Assembly (NCBI RefSeq): GCF_055900595.2
Contig: NZ_CM148325.1
Reading direction: 5' to 3' (one strand)
Length of the DNA: 64,000 nucleotides
Shown piece after piece: positions 1-14,558 of the stretch. A program made the translations under genes and the position numbers. The number at the start of each line of letters is the position of its first letter. The first letter of the stretch is position 1. A model generated the notes under the pieces. The model saw only the letters and a list, made by a program, of their open reading frames with translations, had not been told where the DNA came from and did no database searches.

Positions 1-1311
1 GTAGGGTCTGTTTTACTGCTGCTGTTTTTAGTCATGAAGGCGCGTATGCACGCTTTCCTGGCTTTGATGGTGGTGTCTATGGGGGCTGGCCTTTTTTCCG
101 GCATGCCGCTCGATAAAATCGCAGCGACGATGGAAAAAGGGATGGGAGGCACCCTCGGCTTCCTGGCGGTAGTTGTCGCCCTGGGAGCCATGTTTGGCAA
201 GATCTTACATGAAACCGGCGCAGTCGATCAGATTGCCGTCAAAATGCTCAAATCCTTCGGTCACAGTCGTGCGCATTATGCCATTGGCCTTGCGGGTCTG
301 GTCTGTGCGCTACCGCTGTTCTTTGAAGTGGCGATTGTCCTGTTGATTAGCGTTGCTTTCTCAATGGCGCGCCACACCGGTACGAACCTGGTGAAACTGG
401 TAATCCCATTATTCGCAGGCGTGGCGGCAGCGGCGGCGTTCCTGGTGCCGGGGCCTGCGCCAATGCTATTGGCATCGCAGATGAACGCTGACTTTGGCTG
501 GATGATCCTGATTGGCCTGTGTGCGGCAATCCCGGGAATGATTATTGCCGGGCCGCTGTGGGGTAATTTCATCAGCCGCTACGTGGAGCTGCATATTCCT
601 GACGATATCAGCGAACCGCATCTCGGCGAAGGCAAAATGCCGTCCTTCGGATTCAGCCTGTCGCTGATCCTGCTGCCGCTGGTGCTGGTGGGGCTGAAAA
701 CCATTGCCGCGCGTTTTGTGCCGGAAGGCTCTACCGCTTACGAATGGTTCGAGTTTATCGGTCATCCGTTTACCGCAATTCTGGTCGCTTGCCTGGTAGC
801 AATTTACGGCCTGGCGATGCGTCAGGGTATGCCGAAAGACAAAGTGATGGAGATTTGTGGTCACGCGCTGCAACCGGCGGGGATCATTCTGCTGGTGATT
901 GGTGCAGGCGGCGTGTTCAAACAGGTGCTGGTTGACTCTGGCGTAGGTCCGGCACTGGGCGAAGCGTTAACCGGCATGGGCCTGCCGATTGCCATCACCT
1001 GCTTTGTGCTGGCTGCGGCGGTGCGTATCATTCAGGGTTCTGCCACCGTTGCCTGTTTAACGGCGGTGGGACTGGTGATGCCGGTTATTGAACAACTGAA
1101 CTACTCCGGTGCGCAAATGGCGGCGCTGTCGATTTGTATCGCCGGTGGTTCGATTGTTGTCAGCCACGTTAACGACGCCGGTTTCTGGTTGTTCGGTAAA
1201 TTTACCGGCGCGACCGAAGCCGAAACGCTGAAAACCTGGACCATGATGGAAACCATCCTCGGCACCGTTGGTGCCATCGTCGGGATGATTGCGTTCCAGC
1301 TGTTGAGTTAA
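1..1311 (+). CDS. gntU: Low-affinity gluconate:H+ symporter GntU, 5'-truncated by window edge (frame open from nt 1)
   Basis: ORF 34..1311 translation matches GntU from memory; reading frame stays open upstream to position 1 (VGSVLLLLFLV precedes the first Met), so the true start lies outside the window; polytopic hydrophobic profile. Confidence 0.9.
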   Translation, partial: VGSVLLLLFLVMKARMHAFLALMVVSMGAGLFSGMPLDKIAATMEKGMGGTLGFLAVVVALGAMFGKILHETGAVDQIAVKMLKSFGHSRAHYAIGLAGLVCALPLFFEVAIVLLISVAFSMARHTGTNLVKLVIPLFAGVAAAAAFLVPGPAPMLLASQMNADFGWMILIGLCAAIPGMIIAGPLWGNFISRYVELHIPDDISEPHLGEGKMPSFGFSLSLILLPLVLVGLKTIAARFVPEGSTAYEWFEFIGHPFTAILVACLVAIYGLAMRQGMPKDKVMEICGHALQPAGIILLVIGAGGVFKQVLVDSGVGPALGEALTGMGLPIAITCFVLAAAVRIIQGSATVACLTAVGLVMPVIEQLNYSGAQMAALSICIAGGSIVVSHVNDAGFWLFGKFTGATEAETLKTWTMMETILGTVGAIVGMIAFQLLS

Positions 1312-1320
1312 GTTTGTTCG

Positions 1321-1353
1321 CCCGGTAGTTGTGACGCTACCGGGCTCTTTTCG
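1321..1353. terminator. Hairpin cccggtag-ttgtgacg-ctaccggg followed by CTCTTTTCG, between convergent gntU and yhgN
   Basis: Perfect 8-bp inverted repeat seen in sequence, T-rich tail on + strand; location between two convergent stop codons. Confidence 0.5.
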
Positions 1354-1367
1354 AAAAACTCTCCTCG

Positions 1368-1961
1368 TTACCCCTTCATCCACATTCGAATGCCGTCGAG
1401 GAACATCTGAGTTGCCATCATCACCAGAATCAATCCCATCAGGCGTTCCAGCGCGTTCACCCCTTTCTCTCCCAGCAGACGCAAGAACAGCGAAGACTGT
1501 AGCAGGATGACAAAGGTGCCGCCCCAGGCCAGCAGCAGGGCAATCACCAGATGCCCCATCTGATTCGGGTACTGATGAGACAACAACATCAGCGTGGCGA
1601 GAATAGTCGGCCCGGCGACTAACGGAATTGCCAACGGCACGATAAACGGCTCTTCACCTGCCGGAAGCCCACTGCTATTTCCTGAAGCACTGGGGAAAAT
1701 CATCTTAATGGCGATCAGAAACAGAATGATGCCGCCAGAAATGGAGACGGTTTCTGCCCGCAGGCTAAGAAATGCCAGAATTTTCTCACCCGCAAACAGG
1801 AACACCAGCATCACCAGGAGAGCAATAAGCAACTCTCGCACCATGATTGCCCGCCGTCTTTTCGGTTCAGTATGTTTCAGTACGGACATGAAAATAGGTA
1901 GGTTTCCGAGCGGATCCATAATCAGGATCAATAAAACTGCTGCAGAAATGATTTCATTCAT
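1368..1961 (-). CDS. yhgN: MarC-family (UPF0056) inner membrane protein YhgN
   Basis: 197-aa ORF, hydrophobic multi-helix protein, position between gntU and asd as in E. coli. Confidence 0.85.
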   Translation of the reverse strand: MNEIISAAVLLILIMDPLGNLPIFMSVLKHTEPKRRRAIMVRELLIALLVMLVFLFAGEKILAFLSLRAETVSISGGIILFLIAIKMIFPSASGNSSGLPAGEEPFIVPLAIPLVAGPTILATLMLLSHQYPNQMGHLVIALLLAWGGTFVILLQSSLFLRLLGEKGVNALERLMGLILVMMATQMFLDGIRMWMKG

Positions 1962-2153
1962 AACTCAAATTCCCTGATAATTGCCGCGGACTTTCTGCGT
2001 GCTAACAAAGCAGGATAAGTCGCATTACTGATGGCTTCGCTATCATTGATTAATTTCACTTGCGACTTTGGCTGCTTTTTGTATGGTGAAAGATGTGCCA
2101 CGAGGAGACCGGCACATTTATACAGCACACATCTTTGCAGGAAAAAAACGCTT

Positions 2154-3257
2154 ATGAAAAATGTTGGTTTTATCGGCTGGCGCGGTATGGTCGGCTCCGT
2201 TCTCATGCAACGCATGGTTGAAGAGCGCGACTTCGACGCCATTCGCCCTGTCTTCTTTTCTACTTCTCAGCTTGGCCAGGCTGCGCCGTCTTTTGGCGGA
2301 ACCACTGGCACACTTCAGGATGCCTTTGATCTGGAGGCGCTAAAGGCCCTCGATATCATTGTGACCTGTCAGGGCGGCGATTATACCAACGAAATCTATC
2401 CAAAGCTTCGTGAAAGCGGATGGCAAGGTTACTGGATTGACGCAGCATCATCTCTGCGCATGAAAGATGACGCCATCATCATTCTTGACCCCGTCAATCA
2501 GGACGTCATTACCGACGGATTAAATAATGGCATCAGGACTTTTGTTGGCGGTAACTGTACCGTAAGCCTGATGTTGATGTCGTTGGGGGGTTTATTCGCC
2601 AATGATCTTGTTGATTGGGTGTCCGTTGCAACCTACCAGGCCGCTTCCGGCGGTGGTGCGCGACATATGCGTGAGTTATTAACCCAGATGGGCCATCTGT
2701 ATGGCCATGTGGCAGATGAACTCGCGACCCCGTCCTCTGCTATTCTCGATATCGAACGCAAAGTCACAACTTTAACCCGTAGCGGTGAGCTGCCGGTGGA
2801 TAACTTTGGCGTGCCGCTGGCGGGTAGCCTGATTCCGTGGATCGACAAACAGCTCGATAACGGTCAGAGCCGCGAAGAGTGGAAAGGGCAGGCGGAAACC
2901 AACAAGATCCTCAACACATCTTCCGTAATTCCGGTAGATGGTTTATGTGTGCGTGTCGGGGCATTGCGCTGCCACAGCCAGGCATTCACTATTAAATTGA
3001 AAAAAGATGTGTCTATTCCGACCGTGGAAGAACTACTGGCTGCGCACAATCCGTGGGCGAAAGTCGTTCCGAACGATCGGGAAATCACTATGCGTGAGCT
3101 AACCCCAGCTGCCGTTACCGGCACGCTGACCACGCCGGTAGGCCGTCTGCGTAAGCTGAATATGGGGCCGGAGTTCCTGTCAGCCTTTACCGTGGGCGAC
3201 CAGCTGCTGTGGGGGGCCGCGGAGCCGCTGCGTCGGATGCTTCGTCAACTGGCGTAA
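2154..3257 (+). CDS. asd: Aspartate-semialdehyde dehydrogenase
   Basis: ORF 2031..3257 contains [24 protein letters not shown] at the internal ATG 2154, the recognised Asd N-terminus (367 aa); the upstream extension in the ORF track is rejected. Confidence 0.93.
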
Positions 3258-3529
3258 TCTTTATTCATTAAATCTGGGGCGCGTTGCCGCCCCTGTTAGT
3301 GCGTAATACAGGAGTAAGCGCAGATGTTTCATGATTTACCGGGAGTTAAATAGAGCATTGGCTATTCTTTAAGGGTGGCGGAATACAAGAGTATTTACAG
3401 CCTTACCTGAAGTGAGGACGACGCAGAGAGGATGCACAGAGTGCTGCGCCGTTCAGGTCAAAAAAATGTCACAACCAGAAGTCAAAAATTCAGTTGGATG
3501 GGGTGACACAATAAAACAGGAAGACAAGC

Positions 3530-5716
3530 ATGTCCGATCGTATCGATAGAGACGTGATTAACGCGCTAATTGCAGGCCATTTTGCGGATCCTTTTTCTGT
3601 ACTGGGAATGCATAAAACCACCGCGGGACTGGAAGTCCGTGCCCTTTTACCCGACGCTACCGATGTGTGGGTGATTGAACCGAAAACCGGGCGCAAACTC
3701 GCAAAACTGGAGTGTCTCGACTCCCGTGGATTCTTTAGCGGTGTCATTCCGCGACGTAAGAATTTTTTCCGCTATCAGTTGGCTGTTGTCTGGCATGGTC
3801 AGCAAAACCTGATAGATGATCCTTACCGTTTTGGTCCGCTAATCCAGGAAATGGATGCCTGGCTATTATCTGAAGGTACGCATCTGCGCCCATATGAAAC
3901 CTTAGGCGCGCATGCAGATACTATGGATGGCGTCACGGGTACGCGTTTTTCTGTCTGGGCTCCAAACGCCCGCCGGGTCTCGGTAGTCGGTCAATTCAAC
4001 TACTGGGACGGTCGCCGTCACCCGATGCGCCTGCGTAAAGAGAGCGGCATCTGGGAACTGTTTATCCCTGGGGCGCACAACGGTCAGCTCTATAAATACG
4101 AGATGATTGATGCCAATGGCAACTTGCGTCTGAAGTCCGACCCTTATGCCTTCGAAGCGCAAATGCGCCCGGAAACCGCGTCTCTTATTTGCGGGCTGCC
4201 GGAAAAGGTTGTGCAGACTGAAGAGCGCAAAAAGGCGAATCAGTTTGATGCGCCAATCTCTATTTATGAAGTTCACCTGGGCTCCTGGCGTCGCCACACC
4301 GACAACAATTTCTGGTTGAGCTACCGCGAGCTGGCCGATCAACTGGTGCCTTATGCTAAATGGATGGGCTTTACCCACCTCGAACTGCTGCCCATTAACG
4401 AGCATCCGTTCGATGGCAGTTGGGGTTATCAGCCAACCGGCCTGTATGCACCGACCCGCCGTTTTGGTACCCGCGACGACTTCCGTTATTTCATTGATGC
4501 CGCACACGCAGCTGGTCTGAACGTGATTCTCGACTGGGTACCAGGCCACTTCCCGACCGATGACTTTGCGCTTGCCGAATTTGATGGCACGAACTTGTAT
4601 GAACACAGCGATCCGCGCGAAGGCTACCATCAGGACTGGAATACGCTGATCTACAACTATGGTCGCCGTGAAGTCAGTAACTTCCTTGTCGGTAATGCGC
4701 TTTACTGGATCGAACGTTTTGGTATTGATGCGCTGCGCGTCGATGCTGTGGCATCAATGATTTATCGCGACTACAGCCGCAAAGAGGGGGAGTGGATCCC
4801 GAACGAATTTGGCGGGCGCGAGAATCTTGAAGCGATTGAATTCTTGCGTAATACCAACCGTATTCTTGGTGAGCAGGTTTCCGGTGCGGTGACAATGGCG
4901 GAAGAGTCTACCGATTTCCCTGGCGTTTCTCGTCCGCAGGACATGGGGGGTCTGGGCTTCTGGTACAAGTGGAATCTCGGCTGGATGCATGACACCCTGG
5001 ACTATATGAAGCTCGACCCGATTTATCGTCAGTATCATCACGGTAAGCTCACCTTCGGGATGCTCTATAACTACACTGAAAACTTCGTCCTGCCGTTGTC
5101 GCATGATGAAGTGGTCCACGGTAAAAAATCGATTCTCGACCGGATGCCGGGCGACGCATGGCAGAAATTCGCTAACTTGCGCGCCTACTATGGCTGGATG
5201 TGGGCATTCCCGGGCAAGAAACTGCTGTTCATGGGGAACGAATTTGCCCAGGGCCGTGAGTGGAACCATGACGCCAGCCTCGACTGGCATCTGTTGGAAG
5301 GCGGCGATAACTGGCACCACGGTGTCCAGCGTCTGGTGCGCGATCTGAACCTCACCTACCGCCACCATAAAGCGATGCATGAACTGGATTTTGACCCGTA
5401 CGGTTTTGAATGGCTGGTGGTGGATGACAAAGAACGCTCGGTGCTGATCTTTGTGCGTCGCGATAAAGAGGGTAACGAAATCATCGTTGCCAGTAACTTT
5501 ACTCCAGTGCCGCGTCATGATTATCGCTTCGGCATTAACCAGCCGGGTAAATGGCGTGAGATCCTCAATACCGATTCCATGCACTATCACGGCAGTAATG
5601 CAGGCAATGGCGGCACGGTTCACAGCGATGAGATTGCCAGCCATGGTCGTCAGCATTCACTGAGCCTGACGCTACCACCGCTGGCCACTATCTGGCTGGT
5701 TCGGGAGGCAGAATGA
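3530..5716 (+). CDS. glgB: 1,4-alpha-glucan branching enzyme
   Basis: 728-aa ORF recognised as GlgB (GH13 family); first gene of the glycogen cluster. Confidence 0.97.
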   Translation: MSDRIDRDVINALIAGHFADPFSVLGMHKTTAGLEVRALLPDATDVWVIEPKTGRKLAKLECLDSRGFFSGVIPRRKNFFRYQLAVVWHGQQNLIDDPYRFGPLIQEMDAWLLSEGTHLRPYETLGAHADTMDGVTGTRFSVWAPNARRVSVVGQFNYWDGRRHPMRLRKESGIWELFIPGAHNGQLYKYEMIDANGNLRLKSDPYAFEAQMRPETASLICGLPEKVVQTEERKKANQFDAPISIYEVHLGSWRRHTDNNFWLSYRELADQLVPYAKWMGFTHLELLPINEHPFDGSWGYQPTGLYAPTRRFGTRDDFRYFIDAAHAAGLNVILDWVPGHFPTDDFALAEFDGTNLYEHSDPREGYHQDWNTLIYNYGRREVSNFLVGNALYWIERFGIDALRVDAVASMIYRDYSRKEGEWIPNEFGGRENLEAIEFLRNTNRILGEQVSGAVTMAEESTDFPGVSRPQDMGGLGFWYKWNLGWMHDTLDYMKLDPIYRQYHHGKLTFGMLYNYTENFVLPLSHDEVVHGKKSILDRMPGDAWQKFANLRAYYGWMWAFPGKKLLFMGNEFAQGREWNHDASLDWHLLEGGDNWHHGVQRLVRDLNLTYRHHKAMHELDFDPYGFEWLVVDDKERSVLIFVRRDKEGNEIIVASNFTPVPRHDYRFGINQPGKWREILNTDSMHYHGSNAGNGGTVHSDEIASHGRQHSLSLTLPPLATIWLVREAE

Positions 5717-7686
5717 CACAACTCGCCATTGGCAAACCCGCACCCCTCGGCGCGCATTACGACGGTCAGGGCGTCAACTTCACACTTTTCTCCGCTCATG
5801 CCGAGCGGGTAGAACTGTGTATCTTTGACGCCAATGGCCAGGAACATCGCTATGACTTGCCAGGGCACAGTGGCGACATTTGGCACGGTTATCTGCCGGA
5901 TGCGCGCCCGGGTTTGCGTTATGGTTATCGCGTTCATGGCCCCTGGCGACCCGCCGAGGGACATCGCTTTAACCCAGCGAAGTTGTTGATTGATCCTTGC
6001 GCGCGGCAAATTGACGGGGAGTTTAAAGATAACCCGCTGCTGCACGCAGGTCATAATGAACCTGACTATCGCGACAACGCCGCCATTGCGCCGAAATGTG
6101 TAGTGGTGGTTGATCACTATGACTGGGAGGATGATGCCCCGCCGCGCACGCCGTGGGGCAGCACTATCATTTATGAAGCCCATGTCAAAGGATTAACGTA
6201 TCTGCACCCGGAGATCCCCGTCGATATCCGCGGCACTTATAAAGCCCTGGGGCATCCGGTGATGATCAACTATTTGAAACAGTTGGGCATTACTGCGCTG
6301 GAGTTGCTGCCGGTGGCACAATTTGCCAGCGAACCACGCCTGCAACGTATGGGGTTAAGTAACTACTGGGGCTATAACCCGGTAGCGATGTTTGCGCTGC
6401 ATCCGGCGTATGCCTGCTCGCCAGAAACGGCGCTGAATGAGTTTCGCGATGCAATCAAAGCACTGCATAAAGCGGGTATCGAAGTCATTCTTGATATCGT
6501 GCTTAACCATAGTGCGGAACTGGACCTCGACGGTCCGTTATTCTCTCTGCGTGGGATCGACAACCGTAGCTATTATTGGATAAGAGAAGACGGTGATTAT
6601 CACAATTGGACAGGCTGTGGCAACACGCTCAATTTGAGTCATCCGGCGGTGGTGGATTATGCCAGCGCCTGCCTGCGTTATTGGGTAGAAACCTGCCACG
6701 TCGATGGTTTCCGTTTTGATCTGGCGGCAGTCATGGGCCGTACGCCTGAGTTCCGTCAGGATGCGCCGTTGTTTACCGCAATTCAGAACTGCCCGGTGCT
6801 CTCGCAGGTGAAGTTAATTGCCGAACCGTGGGATATTGCGCCTGGTGGTTATCAGGTGGGAAATTTCCCGCCATTGTTTGCTGAGTGGAACGATCATTTC
6901 CGTGATGCTGCCCGTCGTTTCTGGCTGCATTATGATTTGCCTCTGGGGGCGTTTGCCGGGCGTTTTGCTGCCTCCAGCGATGTTTTTAAACGTAATGGTC
7001 GTCTGCCGAGTGCCGCGATTAATCTCGTCACCGCGCATGACGGTTTTACGCTTCGCGACTGCGTTTGCTTCAACCATAAACACAATGAAGCAAACGGAGA
7101 AGAAAATCGCGACGGGACCAACAACAATCACAGTAACAATCATGGTAAAGAAGGATTAGGCGGTACTCTTGACCTGGTTGAACGGCGGCGCGACAGCATT
7201 CACGCCCTGTTAACAACGTTGTTGCTCTCCCAGGGTACGCCGATGTTACTGGCCGGTGACGAACATGGTCATAGCCAGCATGGCAATAACAATGCCTACT
7301 GTCAGGATAATCAATTAACCTGGTTGGACTGGTCGCAGGCAAGCAGTGGTTTAACCGCATTTACCGCCGCGTTAATCCATCTGCGCAAGCGCATTCCCGC
7401 TTTGGTGGAGAATCGCTGGTGGGAAGAAGGCGACGGCAATGTCCGTTGGCTAAATCGATATGCTCAACCTTTAAGCACGGATGAGTGGCAAAACGGGCCG
7501 AAACAGCTGCAAATTCTGCTCTCGGATCGCTTTTTGATCGCAATTAACGCCACGCTTGAGGTAACAGAGATTGTTTTACCTGCTGGGGAGTGGCACGCCA
7601 TTCCCCCATTCGCTGGAGAGGATAACCCAGTGATTACGGCTGTCTGGCAGGGACCTGCACACGGATTGTGTGTGTTCCAGAGATGA
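5713..7686 (+). CDS. glgX: Glycogen debranching enzyme
   Basis: 657-aa ORF recognised as GlgX; its start overlaps the glgB stop in an ATGA (5713-5716). Confidence 0.97.
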
Positions 7687-7703
7687 TAAAAAAGGAGTTA
7701 GTC

Positions 7704-8999
7704 ATGGTTAGTTTAGAGAAGAACGATCACTTAATGTTGGCGCGCCAGCTGCCATTGAAATCTGTTGCCCTGATACTGGCGGGAGGACGTGGTACCCGCC
7801 TGAAGGATTTAACCAATAAGCGAGCAAAACCGGCCGTACACTTCGGCGGTAAGTTCCGCATTATCGACTTTGCACTGTCTAACTGCATCAACTCCGGGAT
7901 CCGTCGTATGGGCGTGATCACCCAGTACCAGTCCCATACTCTGGTGCAGCACATTCAGCGCGGCTGGTCATTCTTCAATGAAGAAATGAACGAGTTTGTC
8001 GATCTGTTGCCAGCGCAGCAGAGAATGAAAGGGGAAAACTGGTATCGCGGCACCGCAGATGCGGTCACGCAAAACCTCGACATTATTCGCCGTTACAAAG
8101 CGGAATATGTGGTGATCCTGGCGGGCGACCATATCTACAAGCAAGACTACTCGCGTATGCTTATCGACCACGTCGAAAAAGGCGCACGTTGCACCGTCGC
8201 TTGTATGCCTGTACCGATTGAAGAAGCCTCCGCATTTGGCGTTATGGCGGTTGATGAGAACGATAAAATTATCGAATTCGTTGAAAAACCCGCTAACCCG
8301 CCGTCAATGCCGAACGATCCGAGCAAATCTCTGGCGAGCATGGGTATCTACGTCTTTGACGCCGACTATCTGTATGAACTGCTGGAAGAAGACGATCGCG
8401 ATGAGAACTCCAGCCACGACTTTGGTAAAGATTTGATTCCCAAAATCACCGAAGCCGGTCTGGCCTATGCGCACCCGTTCCCGCTCTCTTGCGTACAATC
8501 CGACCCGGATGCCGAGCCGTACTGGCGCGATGTGGGTACGCTTGAAGCTTACTGGAAAGCGAACCTCGATCTGGCATCAGTGGTGCCGGAACTGGATATG
8601 TACGATCGCAATTGGCCAATTCGCACCTACAATGAATCATTACCGCCAGCGAAATTCGTGCAAGATCGCTCCGGTAGCCACGGGATGACCCTTAACTCAC
8701 TGGTTTCCGGCGGTTGTGTGATCTCCGGTTCGGTGGTGGTGCAGTCCGTTCTGTTCTCGCGCGTTCGCGTGAATTCATTCTGCAACATTGATTCCGCCGT
8801 ATTGTTACCGGAAGTATGGGTAGGTCGCTCGTGCCGTCTGCGCCGCTGCGTCATTGATCGTGCTTGTGTTATTCCGGAAGGCATGGTGATTGGTGAAAAC
8901 GCAGAGGAAGATGCACGTCGTTTCTATCGTTCAGAAGAAGGCATCGTGCTGGTAACGCGCGAAATGCTACGGAAGTTAGGGCATAAACAGGAGCGATAA
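7704..8999 (+). CDS. glgC: Glucose-1-phosphate adenylyltransferase (ADP-glucose pyrophosphorylase)
   Basis: ORF 7668..8999; canonical N-terminus [18 protein letters not shown] begins at ATG 7704, preceded by AAGGAG (Shine-Dalgarno); 431 aa. Confidence 0.96.
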
Positions 9000-10432
9000 T
9001 GCAGGTTTTACATGTATGTTCAGAGATGTTCCCGCTGCTTAAAACCGGCGGTCTGGCTGATGTTATTGGGGCATTACCCGCAGCACAAATCGCAGACGGC
9101 GTTGACGCTCGCGTACTGTTGCCTGCATTTCCCGATATTCGCCGTGGCGTAACCGATGCGCAGGTGGTATCTCGCCGTGATACCTTCGCAGGGCATATCA
9201 CGCTGTTGTTCGGCCATTACAACGGGGTTGGCATTTACCTGATTGACGCGCCGCATCTCTATGATCGTCCGGGAAGCCCGTATCACGATACCAACTTATT
9301 TGCCTACACTGACAACGTATTGCGTTTTGCGCTGTTGGGGTGGGTTGGGGCAGAAATGGCCAGCGGGCTTGACCCATTCTGGCGCCCTGATGTGGTGCAT
9401 GCGCACGACTGGCATGCGGGCCTTGCGCCTGCGTATCTGGCGGCGCGCGGGCGTCCGGCGAAGTCGGTGTTTACTGTGCACAACCTGGCCTATCAAGGCA
9501 TGTTTTATGCACATCACATGAATGACATCCAATTGCCATGGTCATTCTTTAATATTCATGGGCTGGAATTCAACGGACAAATCTCTTTCCTGAAGGCTGG
9601 TCTGTACTATGCCGATCATATTACGGCGGTCAGCCCGACCTACGCTCGCGAGATCACCGAACCGCAGTTTGCCTACGGTATGGAAGGTCTGTTGCAACAG
9701 CGTCACCGTGAAGGGCGTCTTTCCGGCGTACTAAACGGCGTGGATGAAAAAATCTGGAGTCCAGAGACGGACTTACTGTTGGCCTCGCGTTACACCCGCG
9801 ATACGTTGGAAGATAAAGCGGAGAATAAGCGCCAGTTACAAATCGCAATGGGGCTTAAGGTTGACGATAAAGTGCCGCTTTTTGCAGTGGTGAGCCGTCT
9901 GACCAGCCAGAAAGGTCTCGACCTGGTGCTGGAAGCCTTACCAGGCCTTCTGGAGCAGGGCGGACAGCTGGCGCTACTCGGCGCGGGTGATCCGGTGTTG
10001 CAGGAAGGTTTCCTTGCCGCGGCCGCGGAATATCCCGGACAAGTGGGCGTTCAGATTGGCTATCACGAAGCATTTTCGCATCGCATTATGGGCGGCGCGG
10101 ACGTCATTCTGGTGCCCAGCCGTTTTGAACCGTGCGGCTTAACGCAACTTTATGGATTGAAGTACGGTACGCTGCCGTTAGTGCGGCGCACCGGTGGGCT
10201 TGCTGATACGGTTTCTGACTGTTCTCTTGAGAACCTTGCAGATGGCGTCGCCAGTGGGTTTGTCTTTGAAGATAGTAATGCCTGGTCGCTGTTACGGGCT
10301 ATTCGACGTGCTTTTGTACTGTGGTCCCGTCCTTCACTGTGGCGGTTTGTGCAACGTCAGGCTATGGCAATGGATTTTAGCTGGCAGGTCGCGGCGAAGT
10401 CGTACCGTGAGCTTTACTATCGCTTGAAATAG
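8999..10432 (+). CDS. glgA: Glycogen synthase
   Basis: 477-aa ORF recognised as GlgA; its ATG shares one nucleotide with the glgC stop (TAATG). Confidence 0.97.
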
Positions 10433-12898
<2,466 letters not shown>

Positions 12899-12915
12899 GT
12901 TCACTAAAAAATAGA

Positions 12916-12944
12916 ACGGGGCCAAATCGGTCCCGTTTTTTTTT
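12916..12944 (+). terminator. Rho-independent terminator of the glg operon (ACGGGGCC-aaatc-GGTCCCGT + T9)
   Basis: GC-rich hairpin immediately followed by nine T residues, 18 nt after the glgP stop. Confidence 0.75.
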
Positions 12945-12992
12945 GCCTTTATTTCGGAGAAGTGTCCAGAGGGGCAAGGGGACTCGGGGGAG

Positions 12993-12998
12993 TATAAT
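12993..12998 (+). promoter_or_regulatory. Candidate -10 hexamer (TATAAT) upstream of the PstS-like module; no convincing -35
   Basis: Perfect TATAAT seen ~20 nt upstream of the first ORF of the insert; spacing to any TTGACA-like hexamer is poor, so this is tentative. Confidence 0.25.
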
Positions 12999-13015
12999 TT
13001 CGCCATTCAGAAAGA

Positions 13016-14533
13016 ATGGAAAGAATAATGCAAAACAGAAAATGGATTTTGACCTCGCTGATAATGACTTTTTTCGGCATCCCCATACTGACGCAATTTT
13101 TGGCAGCGGTTATTGCCATGCTGGGGGCCGGGCTTGCCGCTATTCTTGAGGTTTGCAATTTTCTCTTTACGCCAACAATTTATCTTCTACTCAACGTCTT
13201 TATGCTGACGCTGGGGGCGATAATTCTATTTTTCTCTGGTCGCGTGTGGGCCGGTGATAGCGCACCAGAAAACAGAGAAATAGCCGTCTGGCGGCAATGC
13301 TTTTTTCTTTTACCTGCACTGTTAACTCTGGTTGGCTGGATAATCACGCTACATCTGGCAGATTATCAATTTCGCCAAATGGGAGCAGGTTGGTTGGCAG
13401 AGCTTATGCTCCCCTGGCTGGGAGTTTTGTTAGTCTCATTAGTCGGAGGTGAGTTCTGGTGGATAGTCATTATACCCGTTGGTGCGCATATTAGTTTTTC
13501 GCTGGGGTATGGCTGGCCGACCAGATATCCTTTAACCGGCACGTACGGGTTACGTTGCCGTAATTCCCTCCTGTTTATCCTTCTTATGCTTGGTTTTATC
13601 GCTGGTTATCAGGCTTATTTATATAAACAGCTTAATCCCGGCGTCGGTGTGCGTGAAAATATTGATACCTGGGCCTGGCGACCCGATAAACTCAATAATC
13701 AACTGACGCCACTGCGTGGTAAACCGCAAATTCAGTTTACACAAAACTGGCTGCGACTCGATGGTGCTACGGCGGCGTACCCAATTTATGCTTCTGCCTT
13801 TTATGCGTTGAGCGTTATACCGGAAGATTTCCACACCTGGGAATATCTGGAGAACTCTCGTACCCCCGATGCATATAACAGGATTGTTAAAGGTGATGCC
13901 GATATTATTTTTGTGGCGCAACCTTCCGGTGGGCAGAAAAAACGCGCAGAGGAATCGGGCGTCACTTTGAACTACACTCCTTTCGCCCGTGAAGCATTCG
14001 TTTTCATCGTCAATGCGGATAACCCGGTTAATTCCCTGACTGACCAACAGGTGCGTGACATCTTCAGTGGCGCAATTACCAACTGGCGTACTGTTGGCGG
14101 TAACGATCAGGAGATCCAGACCTGGCAACGCCCGGAAGACTCTGGCAGCCAGACAGTGATGCAATCGCAGGTCATGAAAAATGTCCGCATGATCTCGCCG
14201 CAGGAAACCGAAGTGGCAAGCATGATGGAGGGAATGATTAAAGTTGTTGCCGAATACCGTAATACAAACAACTCAATAGGCTACACCTTCCGCTATTACG
14301 CAACACAAATGAACGCTGACAAGAATATCAAATTAGTAGCGATTAACGGTATTGCACCGACTGCGGAAAATATTCGTAACGGCAAATATCCGTATATCGT
14401 CGATGCCTTTATGGTAACGCGGGAAAATACTACGTCAGAAACACAAAAACTGGTCGAATGGTTTTTAACGCCGCAGGGGCAGAGTCTGGTGGAAGATGTG
14501 GGTTATGTACCGTTGCATACAACAATGAAATAA
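13016..14533 (+). CDS. Fusion protein: N-terminal polytopic membrane domain (~200 aa) + C-terminal PstS-like (phosphate-binding-protein-like) periplasmic domain
   Basis: 505-aa ORF; the N-terminal part has several long hydrophobic segments; the C-terminal part carries the motif QQVRDIFSGAITNWRTVGG...RPEDSGSQTVM, which I recognise as typical of PstS/PBP-like-2 binding proteins. Start could be ATG 13016 or 13028. Confidence 0.7.
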   Translation: MERIMQNRKWILTSLIMTFFGIPILTQFLAAVIAMLGAGLAAILEVCNFLFTPTIYLLLNVFMLTLGAIILFFSGRVWAGDSAPENREIAVWRQCFFLLPALLTLVGWIITLHLADYQFRQMGAGWLAELMLPWLGVLLVSLVGGEFWWIVIIPVGAHISFSLGYGWPTRYPLTGTYGLRCRNSLLFILLMLGFIAGYQAYLYKQLNPGVGVRENIDTWAWRPDKLNNQLTPLRGKPQIQFTQNWLRLDGATAAYPIYASAFYALSVIPEDFHTWEYLENSRTPDAYNRIVKGDADIIFVAQPSGGQKKRAEESGVTLNYTPFAREAFVFIVNADNPVNSLTDQQVRDIFSGAITNWRTVGGNDQEIQTWQRPEDSGSQTVMQSQVMKNVRMISPQETEVASMMEGMIKVVAEYRNTNNSIGYTFRYYATQMNADKNIKLVAINGIAPTAENIRNGKYPYIVDAFMVTRENTTSETQKLVEWFLTPQGQSLVEDVGYVPLHTTMK

Positions 14534-14558
14534 CTTTTGAGAGAACGGAATCAGCGCG

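Noticed and set aside
2031-2153. N-terminal extensions proposed by the ORF track (asd from 2031, glgC from 7668, glpD to 17886, pck to 49904, greB to 43262, hofN from 60663, gntX to 35003, and others)
   Set aside because: The track reports the longest frame, including non-ATG starts; the recognised protein N-termini begin at internal ATGs with better ribosome-binding sites, so the shorter coordinates were used.
3276-3293. GC-rich hairpin (ggggcg-cgttgc-cgcccc) just after asd
   Set aside because: Clear inverted repeat but not followed by a U-tract, so I did not call it an intrinsic terminator; it may be a stabilising 3' stem-loop.
4754-5656. 300-aa ORF on the minus strand inside glgB (and a 242-aa one at 3902..4630)
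   Set aside because: Entirely antisense to a well-recognised conserved gene; shadow ORFs of this size are expected opposite GC-rich coding sequence, and there is no independent start context or homology.
13619-14164. 181-aa minus-strand ORF inside the PstS-like fusion gene
   Set aside because: Antisense to the better-supported + strand gene, which has paralog support from the adjacent ORF.
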